The notes beneath the pieces were generated by a model that searched no databases, was not told where the DNA came from, and saw only the letters and a list, made by a program, of their open reading frames with translations. This document shows, piece after piece, positions 37,607-37,937 of a DNA stretch of 37,937 nt; position 1 is the stretch's first letter; every line of letters starts with the position of its first letter. The stretch is taken from the IMG/VR virus record IMGVR_UViG_2585427766_000015, one strand, 5' to 3'. Source of the stretch: a virus. Its lineage: Duplodnaviria; Heunggongvirae; Uroviricota; Caudoviricetes. Position numbers and translations under genes: made by a program.

Positions 37607-37937
37607 GGTGATGCTGCCAACTTACTGATTTAGTGTATGATGGTGTTTTTGAGGTGCTCCAGTGGCTTCTGTTTCTATCAGCTGTCCCTCCTGTTCAGCT
37701 ACTGACGGGGTGGTGCGTAACGGCAAAAGCACCGCCGGACATCAGCGCTATCTCTGCTCTCACTGCCGTAAAACATGGCAACTGCAGTTCACTTACACCG
37801 CTTCTCAACCCGGTACGCACCAGAAAATCATTGATATGGCCATGAATGGCGTTGGATGCCGGGCAACCGCCCGCATTATGGGCGTTGGCCTCAACACGAT
37901 TTTCCGCCATTTAAAAAACTCAGGCCGCAGTCGGTAA
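37607..37937 (+). mobile_element. IS1 insertion sequence, left end (partial; continues beyond window)
   Basis: Terminal inverted repeat GGTGATGCTGCCAACTTACTGATTTAGTGTATGATGGTG followed by insA. Confidence 0.9.
37662..37937 (+). CDS. insA: IS1 InsA protein, 91 aa
   Basis: [91 protein letters not shown] matches recalled IS1 InsA. Confidence 0.93.
   Translation: MASVSISCPSCSATDGVVRNGKSTAGHQRYLCSHCRKTWQLQFTYTASQPGTHQKIIDMAMNGVGCRATARIMGVGLNTIFRHLKNSGRSR

Overview
Enterobacterial (E. coli-type) chromosome at the proA-thrW locus carrying an integrated mosaic temperate prophage of about 36 kb. The two most interesting loci are uncharacterised accessory insertions: an antisense AT-rich two-gene cassette between the lysis and packaging modules (15924-16947), and an ORF-less GC-rich structured island next to an antisense 144-aa moron in the early-left region (4140-5283). 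A NYN-domain gene inserted between the Q-like antiterminator and the late promoter (11831-12694) is a third candidate. Gene order, left to right: complete proA (1-1254); tRNA-Thr thrW (1369-1444); P22-type integrase and excisionase; leftward early genes (DUF551-like, HD phosphohydrolase); CI/Cro immunity switch with TTGC-N7-GCAA operators; O-like replication initiator with internal iterons; a nin-like block (LexA-N-terminal-like protein, RusA, KilA-N, DUF968, Q-like); the NYN gene; late promoter region with a tR'-like terminator; a small winged-helix protein plus DNA methyltransferase; lambda-type lysis cassette (holin, R endolysin, Rz/Rz1); the antisense cassette; HNH endonuclease, TerS, TerL; HK97-type portal, protease and capsid; Mu-like contractile tail; tail fibre; an oppositely oriented low-GC acyltransferase_3 gene; and the left end of IS1 at the window edge. 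All assignments come from reading the sequence and the supplied ORF track, and from recalled family signatures; no database search was run, and self-derived coordinates may be off by a base or two.
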